A stretch of DNA of 50,456 nt, the filler included, from Bipalium vagum (lineage: Eukaryota), in NCBI GenBank assembly GCA_037834085.1. It is 3 parts of 3 records of this genome, joined end to end, with 100 filler letters (N's around TTAATTAATTAA, not from the genome) between each part and the next. Parts side by side here need not be neighbours in the genome. Positions count along the whole stretch, not along the records: positions 15,987 to 32,284 come from JBBMKC010117229.1; positions 32,385 to 50,456 come from JBBMKC010041608.1; 1 more part is not named here. The stretch is one strand, 5' to 3'. The position numbers and the translations under genes are program-made. A model generated the notes under the pieces. That model ran no database searches. It was not told where the DNA came from and saw only the letters and a list, made by a program, of their open reading frames with translations. Shown piece by piece: positions 24,124-37,100 of this stretch (position 1 is its first letter; each line of letters opens with the position of its first letter).

Positions 24124-27053
24124 CAATAAATCAAATAATTATCAGTTAAATATTATTAAATAATAATTTTTCTTGCATTAATTTAAGGAAAACCATTTAA
24201 ATTATTCTATCTATACATCATTTTCAGGTATGATTACTTTACTTAGAAACATTAAATAAATTGTTTACTTAATAATTATTGTTAAAACTTAATATAATAT
24301 ATCCGAAAAATATAAATCTTTACAAGGTTTTCATATGATTTTTAAATCTTTTTGCGATTATTTGAATGGGTCCAAAGACAAAAGAATACTCTACAGACTT
24401 CGGAAATCTCGTTGTTACATTAAGAAAAGAAAAATTTAGTCTTTGCCAAATATCATACATTCTTAAATGTCAAAAATATAGCGTCCAGTGATAGCAGAGT
24501 AAATACTACTACTGCGCGAGGAAGACCAAGACTAACAACAATTAAAGAGATAGAATAATTCAAAGACTTGTTGGAATCATCAATTAAAAAGAAAAGGAGA
24601 TAATTCAAGTGGTGGAGAAAATTATAATTTATCATCGGATATTTTATTTCATGATTTTGTTCATTTTATGATATAACAAAGAAATTTTATTATGCGATAA
24701 ACGTCTTTTTAAATTTTTTAAAAATAAATTAAATAATGATAATAAATTAAATAAAATAATAAGAGATAATAAATTAAACCAAATAATGATAAGAAATAAT
24801 AAACAGAATTAATAAGTAATTATTAAATTAATAAATAAATAATTTAATACTCTAACCTGGAAGGCATATCCACTAAAGGGCGAGCAGCGAGCAGACGGAA
24901 GCAGAGAAGAATCTAAAAAAGAAAATAAATAAATAAAAATAGTAATAAATAAACCTATGTAGGAGGAAGCAAGGCCAGTCTAATACCTAAAGAGCAAAGA
25001 GTAATAAATAACATATATAATTATTAAATAACCTACGCAAGTGGGAGAGTTACAAAATAATCAATTAAGCCCACAATGAGTGAACATAAAAACTCAAGTA
25101 GCAAAGTAATCACACATAATTCATTGATTTTATAGTTAAGTTCCATGAGGATTTGACATAAAATAATAACAAAAAAATATATGAAATTAAAATTCAAAAA
25201 TAGAATAACAATAATAAAACATATTAAACTACACAAAAAAATTAAATTATAAAACAAAAATAAAATAATAAAAATAATAGTGATAATGGTGGTAGTGAAA
25301 GTGATTGTGAATAATAATTATAAATTAAGTTAAGCAAATATTTACTAAGAAGTAAGAAATCATGTCAGTGACGATTTAAAAATAGGAATACAACAAATAT
25401 GAATAATGACGTCAAACATAAAAAATGGGATGACGTCATTTAAAAACACATCAATGATAGTCGTAGGAACACTAACACACATGATAAGGAAATAGTATAA
25501 ATACTCAAAGGAAACTCATAAATATTCGCCTTTAAAAATTTAAAAAAAAGAATTAAAGCGAAATTTTGAAAATTAGAGTTTATCATAACTCACATAAAAA
25601 ACAAAGCGTAATTGATTTATCACATTCTCTTTAATTAACTAATTATTAATTATACAGAACGTGAATATAACTTCCCGTTTCTGTTCTTATAAAATTAAAG
25701 TCTTCTCTCTTCTTTTATTGTTTGTTTCTGACAATTACGATCTGATAAACTATTTATGAGATTCAATTTTTTTTACTTCAGGGCGGCTGCACATTTCCTC
25801 GTGCAGATTGATATCTTCTTTAATTATTTAGTGTCATTTTGATCTTAATGTCAAAACCTTTTAAAAATTTGTAAAAAATTTGATTTAAAATAAAAATTTA
25901 AAAAATCATTTTGTTTGTCTTATTTGTAATCAGTACACTAACTTAAGGACTCACATAAACATTATACAGACACCCACAAAACTTAACAGATTTGTGAAAA
26001 AAATCGCAGGATATCAGCTGAAAAAGTAAGCATAGAAATTAAAAAAAGATAGTGGCCTATCAATTTCCCCGTCAACTGTGAGAAATCGTTTTTCAGGGAT
26101 ACGTTTCATGGAGGAATGGCATAAAAACCATTATTTTTAAAGAATAATCTGAAAACCCGTGTTACATGGGTCAAAGAACTTCTGAACCATTCAACCAACT
26201 GGAATAAACTTCTTTGGTCTGACGAATGTAAAATTAACGTTTTTTGGTCGGATGGAAGGGTTAATGATGACGAAAACCGGAAGAAGAAATGGAAATAGAA
26301 TGCCTTAGCCAGACGGTGAAGAATGGTAGTGGATCGGTATGGTCTGGGATGTTTTTCAAGTTGCGGAGTTGGAAATGTGGTATGCATCGATGGAATACTG
26401 TATAAACAAGGTTATTTAAAGAATTTTAAAGATAATTTATTTGAATCTGTCCCTAAACTGGGTCTTGAAACTGATTTCAAACTCCAACATTACAAAGACC
26501 CGAAACATACGGCCAAAATTATTAAGCACTGGCTTCACGAATCTTGTATAAATGTCATGAAATGGATTGGGCAATCACATGATATAAACTTTATTGAGAA
26601 TTTATGGACTCTATTGAAAAGAAAACTGAAGGAGAGGCAAATTACTGGGGAAAATCCTACTGAAAAGGTGTATATTGGAAGAATGGCAAAAATTACTCCA
26701 GGTTTTTGTAATAACGTGGTCAGTTCTCTGAATAAGCGCTGTGACATGATCGATAAGAATAATGGTGGGCCAATTAACTTTTAAGAACAAAACTTTGTTA
26801 CTAATTGCTTGTCCGTTTAACATAAATATATTCGTAGAGGTATTTTTGTTACTTTTTTTCAAAACTTTTCAAATAATTATGCTTATATTTGTAAAACAAA
26901 CTATTTTCATCCTCTTGTTGTTTTTTTTTAATATGCTGCATTGGCTATTATACTTAAAAACAATAGCCTTTTAAAAATATTCTAACAATTTTTCCTATAA
27001 ATGTTATTTAATTATTTGCAATATAATTGTACGGATAATTATTTGAATAAGTG
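24124..27053 (+). mobile_element. Tc1 (DD34E-type) transposon interrupted by ~1.3 kb of nested insertions
   Basis: TA-flanked TIRs CAATAAATCAAATAATTATC / GATAATTATTTGAATAAGTG. N-terminus MGPKTKEYSTD..GRPRLTT at ~24366-24600. Core LWSDECKIN, DPKHTAK and DINFIENLW at ~26100-26784. Confidence 0.85.
25653..25845 (+). repeat. Interspersed ~200-bp repeat with a terminal hairpin, copy 2 (nested in the Tc1)
   Basis: Aligns with 3466-3662. Confidence 0.7.
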
Positions 27054-27426
27054 TATATATATCAAAAGATATCTTCTCTGGTAACTTTGGTAATACCAAT
27101 TTTTTAAAAAATAGTCAAATCTTGATAAAATTTTCCTCAACAAAGTTTTAATTAAAATTAGATCATTATTTCTAATTTAACTGTCAAAAATTACTTGTAA
27201 GGATATTTAAACTTATTTTAGATTTTATAAAAAGAACTTCTAGCATTCTTCAAATAAAAATAATTTCCTTAGTAATTGAGTTGAAACAAAATCGATAACA
27301 GTTTAGAGAAGGTTGGTGATAGATTTAGAAATTGTAATTTAGGCCTAATTTGTGATTCGGACGATAAGTGGAGAAGTAAATAAAAAAAGTTTGAGAGTAA
27401 ATCCAATCATAAGGATTAGCTATAAG

Positions 27427-27718
27427 CTCAATTTTTTATCTATTACTAGTGAAATATTACTAGTCTTGGTGTACTGAAAGGTCGGATGTGTTAAGTATTG
27501 GCCAACAGAAAAGGAATAGTTCATCAGCATAAGAAGACCTAATGTAAGTTTGAGAAATCGATTAAATTAAGAGAGGGCTTTTCGTTTGACCGCAGTACTA
27601 CTTTTCTCAATTTAATAATTATTATATCTAAAATTTTCAAAATTAAAAAAAATTATTCATTCTTTCATCTTCATGAATTTTTGTTGGAAATTTTAATATT
27701 TGAATGATTTGCAAAGTT
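27427..27718 (+). repeat. ~300-bp repeat, inverted partner of 31780-32144
   Basis: Reverse-complement alignment by eye, e.g. AATATTTGAATGATTTGCAA / TTGCAAATCATTCAAATATT and CTGAAAGGTCG / CGACCTTTCAG. Confidence 0.85.
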
Positions 27719-27893
27719 AAAGGTTAAGATCGTTGAAAAATTAATTTTATTTCCTTAATTCGATGATTATCTTTCAAAATTCCTCATTTTTATTCTTTTA
27801 TAATTGTTAAAGAGGAAAAAACTTACGCAACACTCTTTATATAAAGATCTGATTTTAATTTATAAAATAAGTCTTAAATTTTATATATTTTAA

Positions 27894-28698
27894 ATGAGTT
27901 TCATAAAGGATTCGATTTATTACTCGACCGATGGTGACAACGAGAGATCGTTGGAAGTTGAGAACGTTGCCAAACTATCAGATCAAGTATATAGTATGGC
28001 AATAAAAATTTATGAAGGACTTGAAACATTTATTTCTAAACATGGAGAAACGGATGTTAAACCTCTAATACCACTTATTGTATCTGCCTTAGAGAAGACA
28101 GAAAGAGCTCATTGCGACAAAAATAAAACTGAAATTAGATTTCATTCATTAAATAAGGAGAACGAAGAATTAAAAGCCCGTTGTGATAAGGAATTACAAC
28201 TTCGGAAAAGAATTGAAGAAGTAATATATCAAACTTTATTTATCATATTTATGCGGAAACATTATAGAGTTTGATCCAGACTGAGGATGACCTTTATGAT
28301 GAATCCAAGAAACATGAGGTAGAGGTCCAAAAATTGAAACAGGAGATAAAAATGTATAAAGATAAATTAAAAACTTCACAAGATAAAAGTGAGCATTGTT
28401 ATTAATATAATAATAATTTTTTGATTAATTAAACACAGTTACCGGATTAGAGCAGTGGGAGTTAGAACAGAAAGCTCGAGCGGACAAAATTATTTCTGAA
28501 TATCGAAAACTTCTTAATTATAATAAAGAATTATTTGAAAAGACTCGGACGATTCACAAAAATTTATCTAAATCTTTTCAATCACAGTCTCAAAACATCA
28601 ATGGCAATCAAAAGAAACTGGTGAAGGTTTACAGGGAAGAAAAGTTCCAGTTACAAATTCCTACGAAAACCGAGAAAGTCAGTACCATGAACAAGTGA
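27894..28698 (+). CDS. Short JIP3/JIP4 (Sunday driver/UNC-16)-like protein, RH1 + coiled coil only, ~235 aa
   Basis: Exons 27894-28220, 28268-28388, 28439-28698 (TGA), with AATAAA downstream. LSDQVYSMAIKIYEGLETFISKHGETDVKPLIPLIVSALE and ITGLEQWE match the JIP3/4 N-terminus (MSERVSGLAGSIYREFE..VKELMPLVVNVLE; ISRLEERE). Confidence 0.8.
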
Positions 28699-29129
28699 AA
28701 CATTGGGAATGAAATGCACGAAGAAAAATAAACATTGAAACTACCTTATCCAAGGGTTCAGAATAATAAATAAAACGTTTGTTCATTTATTTTAAAATTT
28801 TTACATCTTAATTTAAAATAATTTTTTGTTTTTTTAAATTAAGCAAATTTTTATTATGATTAAATATTAATTACAATTGTGGTATAACGTTTATATTGTT
28901 GGATATATCAATGGATGTCATTAATTTGATAAGTCATAATGAGTCCTATAATAATGAGGAAATCATTTTAAAATGTCTCTGGTTATAAGAATTACAAGTG
29001 TTTTTACTTTCATACCTCTACATACTTTGAATATCTATATAATTGTTTTAAATTGATATGAAAATCCCAATCTTTTCTAGATTTTTCTGTTCCATTCACA
29101 TTCAAAAGGCTTTTTACACAAGCTATTTA

Positions 29130-31466
29130 CACAGTAGGTTCAAAAAGTTCCGGGACTTATTTTATAAAAACCAAAAATAATGACACAAAATAAAATTTAT
29201 TTTTTAACTTTCAACCTATATCATTTCTCTCTCTATACATGTCTGATATCGTCCATACAACCTCTGGAAGGTGTCATGGTACTCATCTTTTGGAATCAAT
29301 TTCCAAAGTCTTGTTACATTTTCTTGAATTGTCTGAATTTTATCAAAACATCTTCCCTGAAAGGCTGCTTTCATCTTCGGAAAAATAGTCTGCCGGAGCT
29401 AGATCGGATGATTATAGTGGATTTTTCATCACAGAAACCTTTTTCTTCGTCAGTAATCGCGAAACGATAAATGATGTATGTGTAGGTACATTGTCATACA
29501 AAAGGAACCATTCACATGATAGTGCATGATACGGTCTTAATCTTTGAAATTCTGGACACTTCCAACGCTTAAACCGACATCTTCCGATAACATTTTAAGA
29601 CTAATGCTGTGGTTTCCTGTCAATACAGTTCGAAGTCAATCCACATTCTTTTGCTTGATATACCTAGTGTGACGACCCTGTCTCTCATTATCCTCCATCA
29701 TTCACAGTCATTCTTGAACCTTGAATACCATTCAAAGACATTGCTGGGACTTATGCAATCTTTTCCATTTGCTGTTTTCATCAATTTGAATGTTTCTATT
29801 TCTGTTTTCCAACATTTGAAATTTAATTTGATTTCTGCTTTTGTTCCATTTCTTAGACTTACAATTATTAGAGTTAAATCTTCTTTTAATTGAATCATAA
29901 TAATTTGGATTTAAAAACTATTTATTTAATATTCAAAGAAACAAATTTAGTCTAACTCGCCCTTCGGACAAGGAGACGACCATCTCTTTAGCCATTCGAT
30001 TCTTCTCTGCTTGATACCATCTGGACCTTTTAGTTCCACCTGATGAGGACACAATTAACGCAAAATTTCGTAGAGCCCTTAATATTGAAAATCATTCTCC
30101 TTCCTCTTTTGTGGTTCTATCCTGACCAACACTGAATCTCCAATCGAGAAAATCCGTTGCCCACGTTTGCTCCTTTCGAATTGACTCATTTTGTTTGCAG
30201 CTGTATCCAAATTTACTTTCGCTTCCTTTTTAATATCCGTCTCAACCCCGATAACCTCATCCAATACCGAATGGATATTCATTTTGTGACCGTAGACGAT
30301 TTCAAACGGTCAGAATTTTGTAGAGCTTTGTTGGATAGCATTAAAGCTAAACTCGATCCTCGGTAGCAGTTCGTGCCAGTCCAGTTCTTCACAACAACTC
30401 TTTAGTGAAGTATTTATCATGTCTCGAATAGTTCTTATTATCCTCTCCACTGATAGGGAGAACTGAATTTCTGCTGCAGCCAAGCGCTCTCAAAATTGCG
30501 TTAGTTCTAAAAATGATAGCAGCTTCGAGATACATTTCGGCGGTTCCACTTTCATAATCTCTTGAATCTTCTTATCATTTTTATGAATGTCCGCTGCACT
30601 CACTGTATATCCAAGAAACATTATTTCTTTTTGATTAATTTTACACTTTTCTGGATTTACCTTTATCCCTGCTACAGAAATTCTTCTTAAAACCTATTCT
30701 AAGACTCGGCCATGCTGGCTTTCAAAAACCCCATGTATCAGTATTCCATCCAGATACATAACGATACCATTGAATATGAGACCGTCCACTATTTCGTGTA
30801 TGAGTTTCTGGAAAATATCTGGAGCTGTGGCCAAGCCAAGGGGATGTCTATTGAAACAAAATTGACCTTGCTTTGTGCTAAAAGTCGTGATTTTTCTGAC
30901 AATTCCCCCTGATAGTATGCTTGTCCGAGATCTACAGACGAGAAGAACGTGTCCAAACGATCCAATAATAACTGCATATCTGGCATTGGGAAGGAAAATT
31001 TTTCCGTAATCACGTTAATCCGTCTAAAATCGACACATTCGAATTGACGATTTTTCTTTCTTTCCTATCACCACCAATGGAGAGTTCCACAAACTTGCGG
31101 GTTTGGAACAACAATTCTTGTGCCTTCTTTGGCAAAACATTTAATAGCATATTCTTTTCTTGTTGTATTGGGATGACATTAACATTTTCGGTGTGATCGC
31201 CAGTTAAATCCTCTTTTATTTGAATCCTAACAAATTGGATTTCAAAACTATTTATTTAATATTCAAACAAACAAATTTAGCCTAACTATTAGAATTCAAA
31301 TTATTACAATGCTTAAGTTGATTATAAATTAGAATTGATGTAGTTAATCAATAACTTAAGTGAATAACTTAAGACTATGTTTACTATTTCTAACGTTGTT
31401 TTTCACATGTAAAGTTTTTAATTCTAATTTTTTAGTGCTGTCCCAGAAGTTTTTGAATCTAATGTG
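29130..31466 (-). mobile_element. Decayed mariner element hosting a nested LTR element
   Basis: TA-flanked TIRs CACAGTAGGTTCAAAAAGTTCCGGGAC / GTCCCAGAAGTTTTTGAATCTAATGTG; transposase N-terminus (ETFKLMKTANG..VFEWYSRFK) at 29700-29850. Confidence 0.85.
29872..31287 (-). mobile_element. Internally deleted Ty3/gypsy LTR retroelement with 86-bp LTRs
   Basis: LTRs at 29872-29957 and 31202-31287 (8 mismatches; AGTTA...TAACT ends); 5-bp TSD ATTAG; PBS (T)GGCGATC; PPT GAAGGGCG. RT motifs (WNSPLVV, FSSVDLGQAYYQ, VNPEKC..FLGY) are joined to an integrase C-terminus (VERIIRTI, FSIGDSVLV). Confidence 0.92.
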
Positions 31467-31779
31467 TATATCATTTAAACAGATATTCAATTTTTAAATC
31501 TATTTGAAATCAAACTATATACATTTAAAATTTGGATTATTTTAATAAATGCAATTTTTCAGAGAATAATGCCATTCGTGTGAAAGGCTAAAGACTTTTT
31601 ATACAACCTGTATTCTAAAATTATTTCTTACACACATTCCTAAACAACCAATTTAATCTAAATCTATCGAAATAATTTTCAACCATGTGTATGCAAACAT
31701 GTGTAAAACCTAACTGAATTAGGGCTATAAAGTATTTCCTAAATCTAGAAAATACATGGATATGTTAGATTTGAATAAT

Positions 31780-32144
31780 AACCTTGCAAATCATTCAAAT
31801 ATTAAAATTTCAGAAAAAAAATTCATGAAAGTAAAAAAATGAATAAATTTTGTTTTTACGTTTTGAAAATTTTATATATAATAATTATTCAATTGAGAAA
31901 AATGTTACTGAGATCAAACGAAAATAGTGTATTTCTATGACATGGCAACCAAGATCATCTTAGTTCAATCGATTCCTCAACTTATATGAGGCTGTCTTAT
32001 ACTGATGAACTCTTTCTTTTTCTGTTCGCCAATGCTTAACAAATTCGACCTTTCAGATCTTGATAGAGGCCTGTCACACCAAGAACAATTACTAAATATT
32101 TTCAGTAATTTAGTGTATTACTGGTAATTGATAAAAAGTTTGAG
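31780..32144 (-). repeat. Inverted partner of 27427-27718 (with small insertions)
   Basis: See the partner feature. Confidence 0.85.
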
Positions 32145-32199
32145 AACAACTTCATTTTCAAATTAACCTTCTTTTCAAAATCTGAATTAAACTATCTAT

Positions 32200-32213
32200 A
32201 CTTATTATTATTA

Positions 32214-32267
<54 letters not shown>

Positions 32268-32284
32268 TTATTATTATTATTATT
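32200..32284. repeat. (ATT)n microsatellite at contig end
   Basis: Read directly. Confidence 0.97.
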
Positions 32285-32384
32285 NNNNNNNNNNNNNNNN
32301 NNNNNNNNNNNNNNNNNNNNNNNNNNNNTTAATTAATTAANNNNNNNNNNNNNNNNNNNNNNNNNNNNNNNNNNNNNNNNNNNN
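32285..32384. other. Artificial scaffold spacer (44 N + TTAATTAATTAA + 44 N)
   Basis: Identical to 15887-15986. Confidence 0.97.
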
Positions 32385-32402
32385 TAAGGAGTGTTGCTAG
32401 TG

Positions 32403-32525
32403 GACTGCCTGAGCAGTTTGTTGTTTTTGGTTGCGACTGCCTGTGCAGTTTGTTTGTTTTTTTTGTGTGATTGTCGATTGTTGCAGTTTGTTTGAAGGGA
32501 CTGCCTGTAGCAGTTTGCTGTTGTA
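32403..32525 (+). repeat. ~32-bp period repeat of GACTGCCTG(T/A)GCAGTTTG, LTR-like
   Basis: Copies at ~32403, 32435, a degenerate one at ~32470, and ~32499. Confidence 0.6.
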
Positions 32526-34176
32526 ATTAAAAGGGTCTTACCCTCATTTTAGCAATATATTTTTAAAGGATTTGTTTTTAGTGTTTTTGGGTGCGAGCTC
32601 AATAGTTAAGCCCATAGTAACCTTAGTTAAGGTCAGATACGCTAGGGGGCAGGTTTGCGCCAACAAAATGATGACTTAGAAAGAATGGATGTTTGGTAGT
32701 TGGCCAATGATCTCGTCTCCTTAGGAAGAGTTTTCTTGGTGTAAAATTGATATATTTTTGGTTGTCATGGTAGCTGGTGATTTAAATAGTTGCATAGTGA
32801 TAGACTTGAAGCTAAATTAATTAAAAATAAATGTTAGGTAATGGAATTTAATATATCATTAATTTAAGTTAAAATTAACAACAGAAAACACACCATGATA
32901 CCTAATTTAATATAAATTACGAGTCGAAGTAATTTATTTCAACAGTAATGCTGACAGAGTATATCACGGAGATTGAATTTTAGGAAAGATTTGCAGTAGA
33001 ATCAAAGTGATTGTCTTCATACAGTATTGCATTACAATTTAAAATCTTCTAATTTCAGAGTTAAAGATTCGAAAACCAGTATATGAATGTATTCTGAAGA
33101 TAGCTTGGTCATAAACGAGGATCGGCTTGAAAGGAAGGTTCTCGATCTTTATCCCAGGATCCAATATAGAGTCCCTAGCTTTCTCATTCTCCACCGGTGG
33201 ATAATTGAGTGTGTGACTGTACATGATTCCTATGGTAACAGTGGGATGTCTTGTCACGCTCTGATTGTAGGCAGATGTAATCTGATGATAGCTTCTGTCT
33301 TTAAAATGTGTGCAATAGAGAAAGGGAGATTTTGATTCAATATCAAAAGTTCATCTATGGATCATCAATGTCGTTTTCATACACCTCATTCATTATTATA
33401 TTAGACATAAAGCTGCGATATCGGTCAAATTCAATTTATTTTATATTTCCATTTTTTTAAAATAGATAATGTCGAATATTTTTTTTACTATTTTAAAATA
33501 AAAATTTGTTTATTTTTCCTTGAACATAATGGATTTCTTTCTTATATGTGTAACTTTACAAGGAAAATATTTAATGAGGCTGTAACACACAGAAAACCCT
33601 TGTGCAAGTTGAGGAAGGCGGTTTCGATAATGAACACATTTAAGAGTCTTGATTTACTTTCTAAGATCCCGAATGGTTTTGCATGCAGAACTTTCTTGAA
33701 TTTATTGAAGACATTTTTTGATTTTCAAATTTTTGAAATACGAAAGTTAAAGTTAAGAAATTACGTTCAATTTATGAATATTTTCAAAACAGTTAATGAT
33801 TTTGATATTGTAAAAGCTTTTCTTAGTTGTGTAAATATTTTTTATTTAGAACATTATTTTAAAAATTAAGTACAGGTCAGTTTTAGATGTTATATAAAAT
33901 GAAAAAATAAAAAAATAATTTCAAGTAAATTTTAAAAAAATTTAATTTTACGTAGAATAAAGATAAAGAAAATCAAAAATAAAATCATTAATAAATTAAA
34001 ATAAAAACCAATATTTGAGAGTTTGTTTGAATCATTCAAAAGATATTTAATTCAAGAATACAGTAAACATTGTCATTCAATCGAGATTGACAGTTCAATT
34101 ACCATTTAGTCGTCAAGTAATTGCAATAGTTTATAGTTTTCCGTTAAATATTGAAATCAGCTAGGATAATCGAAAA

Positions 34177-37100
34177 ATGTCGTCAAGCGAATTTATCGAC
34201 AATATAATTCAAACATTGAAAGGTTTCTGTGTCAATTACAACAACAACAGTAATTCGACTATCGACGATGTGGAACAGCACAAAATCTTGAGCCCCGACG
34301 AAGACAATATTGATACGGCAGTAGCTGCTTTTCTTTTTTTGGTTATCTGATATTAATTCACTTTCGTCCTGAAACCAGGAGAAATTGCGAGCATTCCACT
34401 TGCTGCCGACCGTAGCGATGACGCTCAAATGCGAGAACACACGTACCAAATTGATTCCAGTTTTGGAAACGCTTATTACGGTTGCCGTGGAAAACGGAGA
34501 CGATGAGGCTTTGATGGTCATCGCACAGAAGCTGGGTGACTTTGTTCCGTTGGTCGGCGGACCAGCCTTTGCGGGTTGTCTGTTGCCACTGCTAGCTCGG
34601 ATCATATGCTGTGTCGAAGAGATCGTCGTGGTTCAAGCCGCTTGCGATTCTCTAATCCGTATCATTCCCACTCTTGACCCCAGCGTGGTTGATACTAATT
34701 GTCTCCAGCTCGTGCGCAATGTGTTTGCAGGTCCGTTTCTCATGTTTGTGTGTTTGGTTTTTCACGATATTGATTGATTGATTTATTTAATATTTATGAT
34801 TATATCTGTATTATTGATCAATTTTTTTAATTATATGTTATTAAGTTTTATAGATTTTTAAGATCAATATAAATTCTTTGATTTTTAAAATAAATTTATG
34901 AAAATGAAGTAATTTTTTATAAATTTAGATATTTTTGATAGTTTATATCAATTTCCACACAAAATTATTTAATTATTAATCATTTTAAAAATATTTTATT
35001 GATTTCTAAAAAAACGATCTACTTGATTGACTGATGAATATGATTTTTTGATTTTATTTTGGAAATTTATTGATTTAATATAAAAAATCGATCAAATGTA
35101 ATCGAAAAATCATTGGCCAGGTTATTATTTTTTAATTTTCTTATCATTTAATTTCTGTTTATTTATTTTGGGTTCTTTTATTGATTTCTAAGTAATGGAT
35201 CAAAAACCGATCAATGATTATTATTTGATTTTACCATGGACATTTACTAATTTGCTTTCGATAAAATTGATCAAGATTTTAATATTGTTTATTGAGTGAT
35301 ATTGATTTTTAAAAATTACCCTTGATTGGTCGATTATTGTATCATTATCAATTTCCCGTGAAACTGTTTTGATCGATATTCGCTTTTGAATTGATTGAGG
35401 TCGATGGAATAAAATCAATTGACTGAAAAATTTTAATTTGGTCTTCGAAATGGTTCAATTGCTTGTTGTACAAAGATCGATTTTCAGGTTATTGATTGGT
35501 TTCAGAATAGCTGTTTGAATTTTGTCTGTTTGTGAAAGAGAGGGATGATCTAGAGGAGAGTTAGTTGAGGATGTACATGATGGAGAGACCAACGGAAGTC
35601 AGGGACCAATCGATATAGAGTCTCATTTATTTATCGATTTCTTGTGTGCCAATTTCTGATTCGATACTTTTTTCTCTCTCTTTCTCGATGTCTGTCAATG
35701 TGCATTTTTTGTACGTGTGTGTGATTGGTTGTGTTGTTTGTTTTGAATTTGTGTTTGCTTTTCAATCGATTTTCAGTTCAGTGTAAAAAGTGCAAGTTGT
35801 AAAAAATATAGATCATCAATTTCTTGAATCTTAACGCGATATTGATTGTGAGATGGATAATAATTATCGATTTATCGACTGAAGTCGATTGATACATTAA
35901 TTGATTTGTTATTTTATGAAAACATCGATTTTTTGAATCTGATTATTTATATTTATTGATTTATCTATTATCGATTAATGGGTTAAAATTGTCTTAGTCA
36001 TCAATTTTTATAATTAATTGATTATTAAAATAAAGAAATCAATTTTCATTGAAATGTAATAGAATTTTTGGTTTTATTATTTTATTTAATATTTTTATTT
36101 TTCTTTCAAAATGTTATTAATTATTTTTAAATAATATTTTTTTTAAAATTCTAAAATCATTCGATAAAATTAAAAAAATCGTGATCTTGTTAAACTTCTT
36201 TTTATTTCTTGATAATAAAATATCAGCTTTTATCCAATCGATAATTGTTATTTTCCATTGATCAATCGATTAATTGTTCAAACAGAGGATCTGTACTGCG
36301 CGGCCAGAAAGGCGGGAGTGCGTCTCATTCCGATCTGTTATAAAATCGCAAACGCCGAATCACAAGCCGAACTGAAAAAGTGAGCATTTATATTTTCACT
36401 GTGTCCAATCTCTTCTACCTTACTCTTTTCACGTTAATAATTCTATAATTTATTTTTATTTTACTTCATTCTTTTGCCTTTCCATTTTTCGCTCCTTATT
36501 TTCTTTTCATTTTTATTTTCACACTTTCCTTTCAATCCAATTCATCTCCTACTCTTGTTATATCCTATATCCTTTCTTTTCCTTTCCTTTTATTCTCTTT
36601 CAATTCTTTTCTACTCACTTTTACTTTTCTTTAAATTTAAATTTCTTTTTTCTCTTTTCCTTTTCTTTTTGCCATTTTTATTTCTATTCTACTCTTTCCT
36701 TTCATTTCTTTCTCCCTTTTTTGTTTTCCTTTCATTCTTCTTCATAACCTTTTCTACTCTCTTTTTCCTTTCATTTTCTTTGAGTTTTCCCCATCTCTTG
36801 TCTTTTTTCCAATTTTCTCTTCTTCCTCACATTCTCACCCATTTTATAATGTTATGTTGTTTCAGTCGTCTGTTGCATTTGTGTATGGCCGAGGATGAAA
36901 TTCCGCTGGTAAGAGCGGGCGCTGTGGAACAACTGACAGAACTCAGCATCGTTGCTGGTTCCAGTCTGAAGCCGGAGATGATCAAAACCTTGACCAGGTA
37001 TTTTAATAATCGACTCCATTTATCGTTTTTTATCACTTTCATTTCAGCTTAGTTTCCGACAATCAAAGATTGGTCCGAGCTGCCTGTGTCAAACCGCTGC

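Noticed and set aside
33039-33869. ORFs at 33039-33335 and 33546-33869; a TVTHS motif reminiscent of Merlin transposase
   Set aside because: One short motif with no supporting catalytic residues or TIRs.
34183-34605. Antisense ORFs over real exons or transposases (e.g. 34183..34605, 5240..5533, 6216..6461, 37711..37968, 38341..38697)
   Set aside because: Shadows of coding sequence on the opposite strand.
36474-36865. Hydrophobic F/L/S-rich ORF 36474..37052
   Set aside because: Translation of a pyrimidine-rich intron running into a PP2A-A exon.
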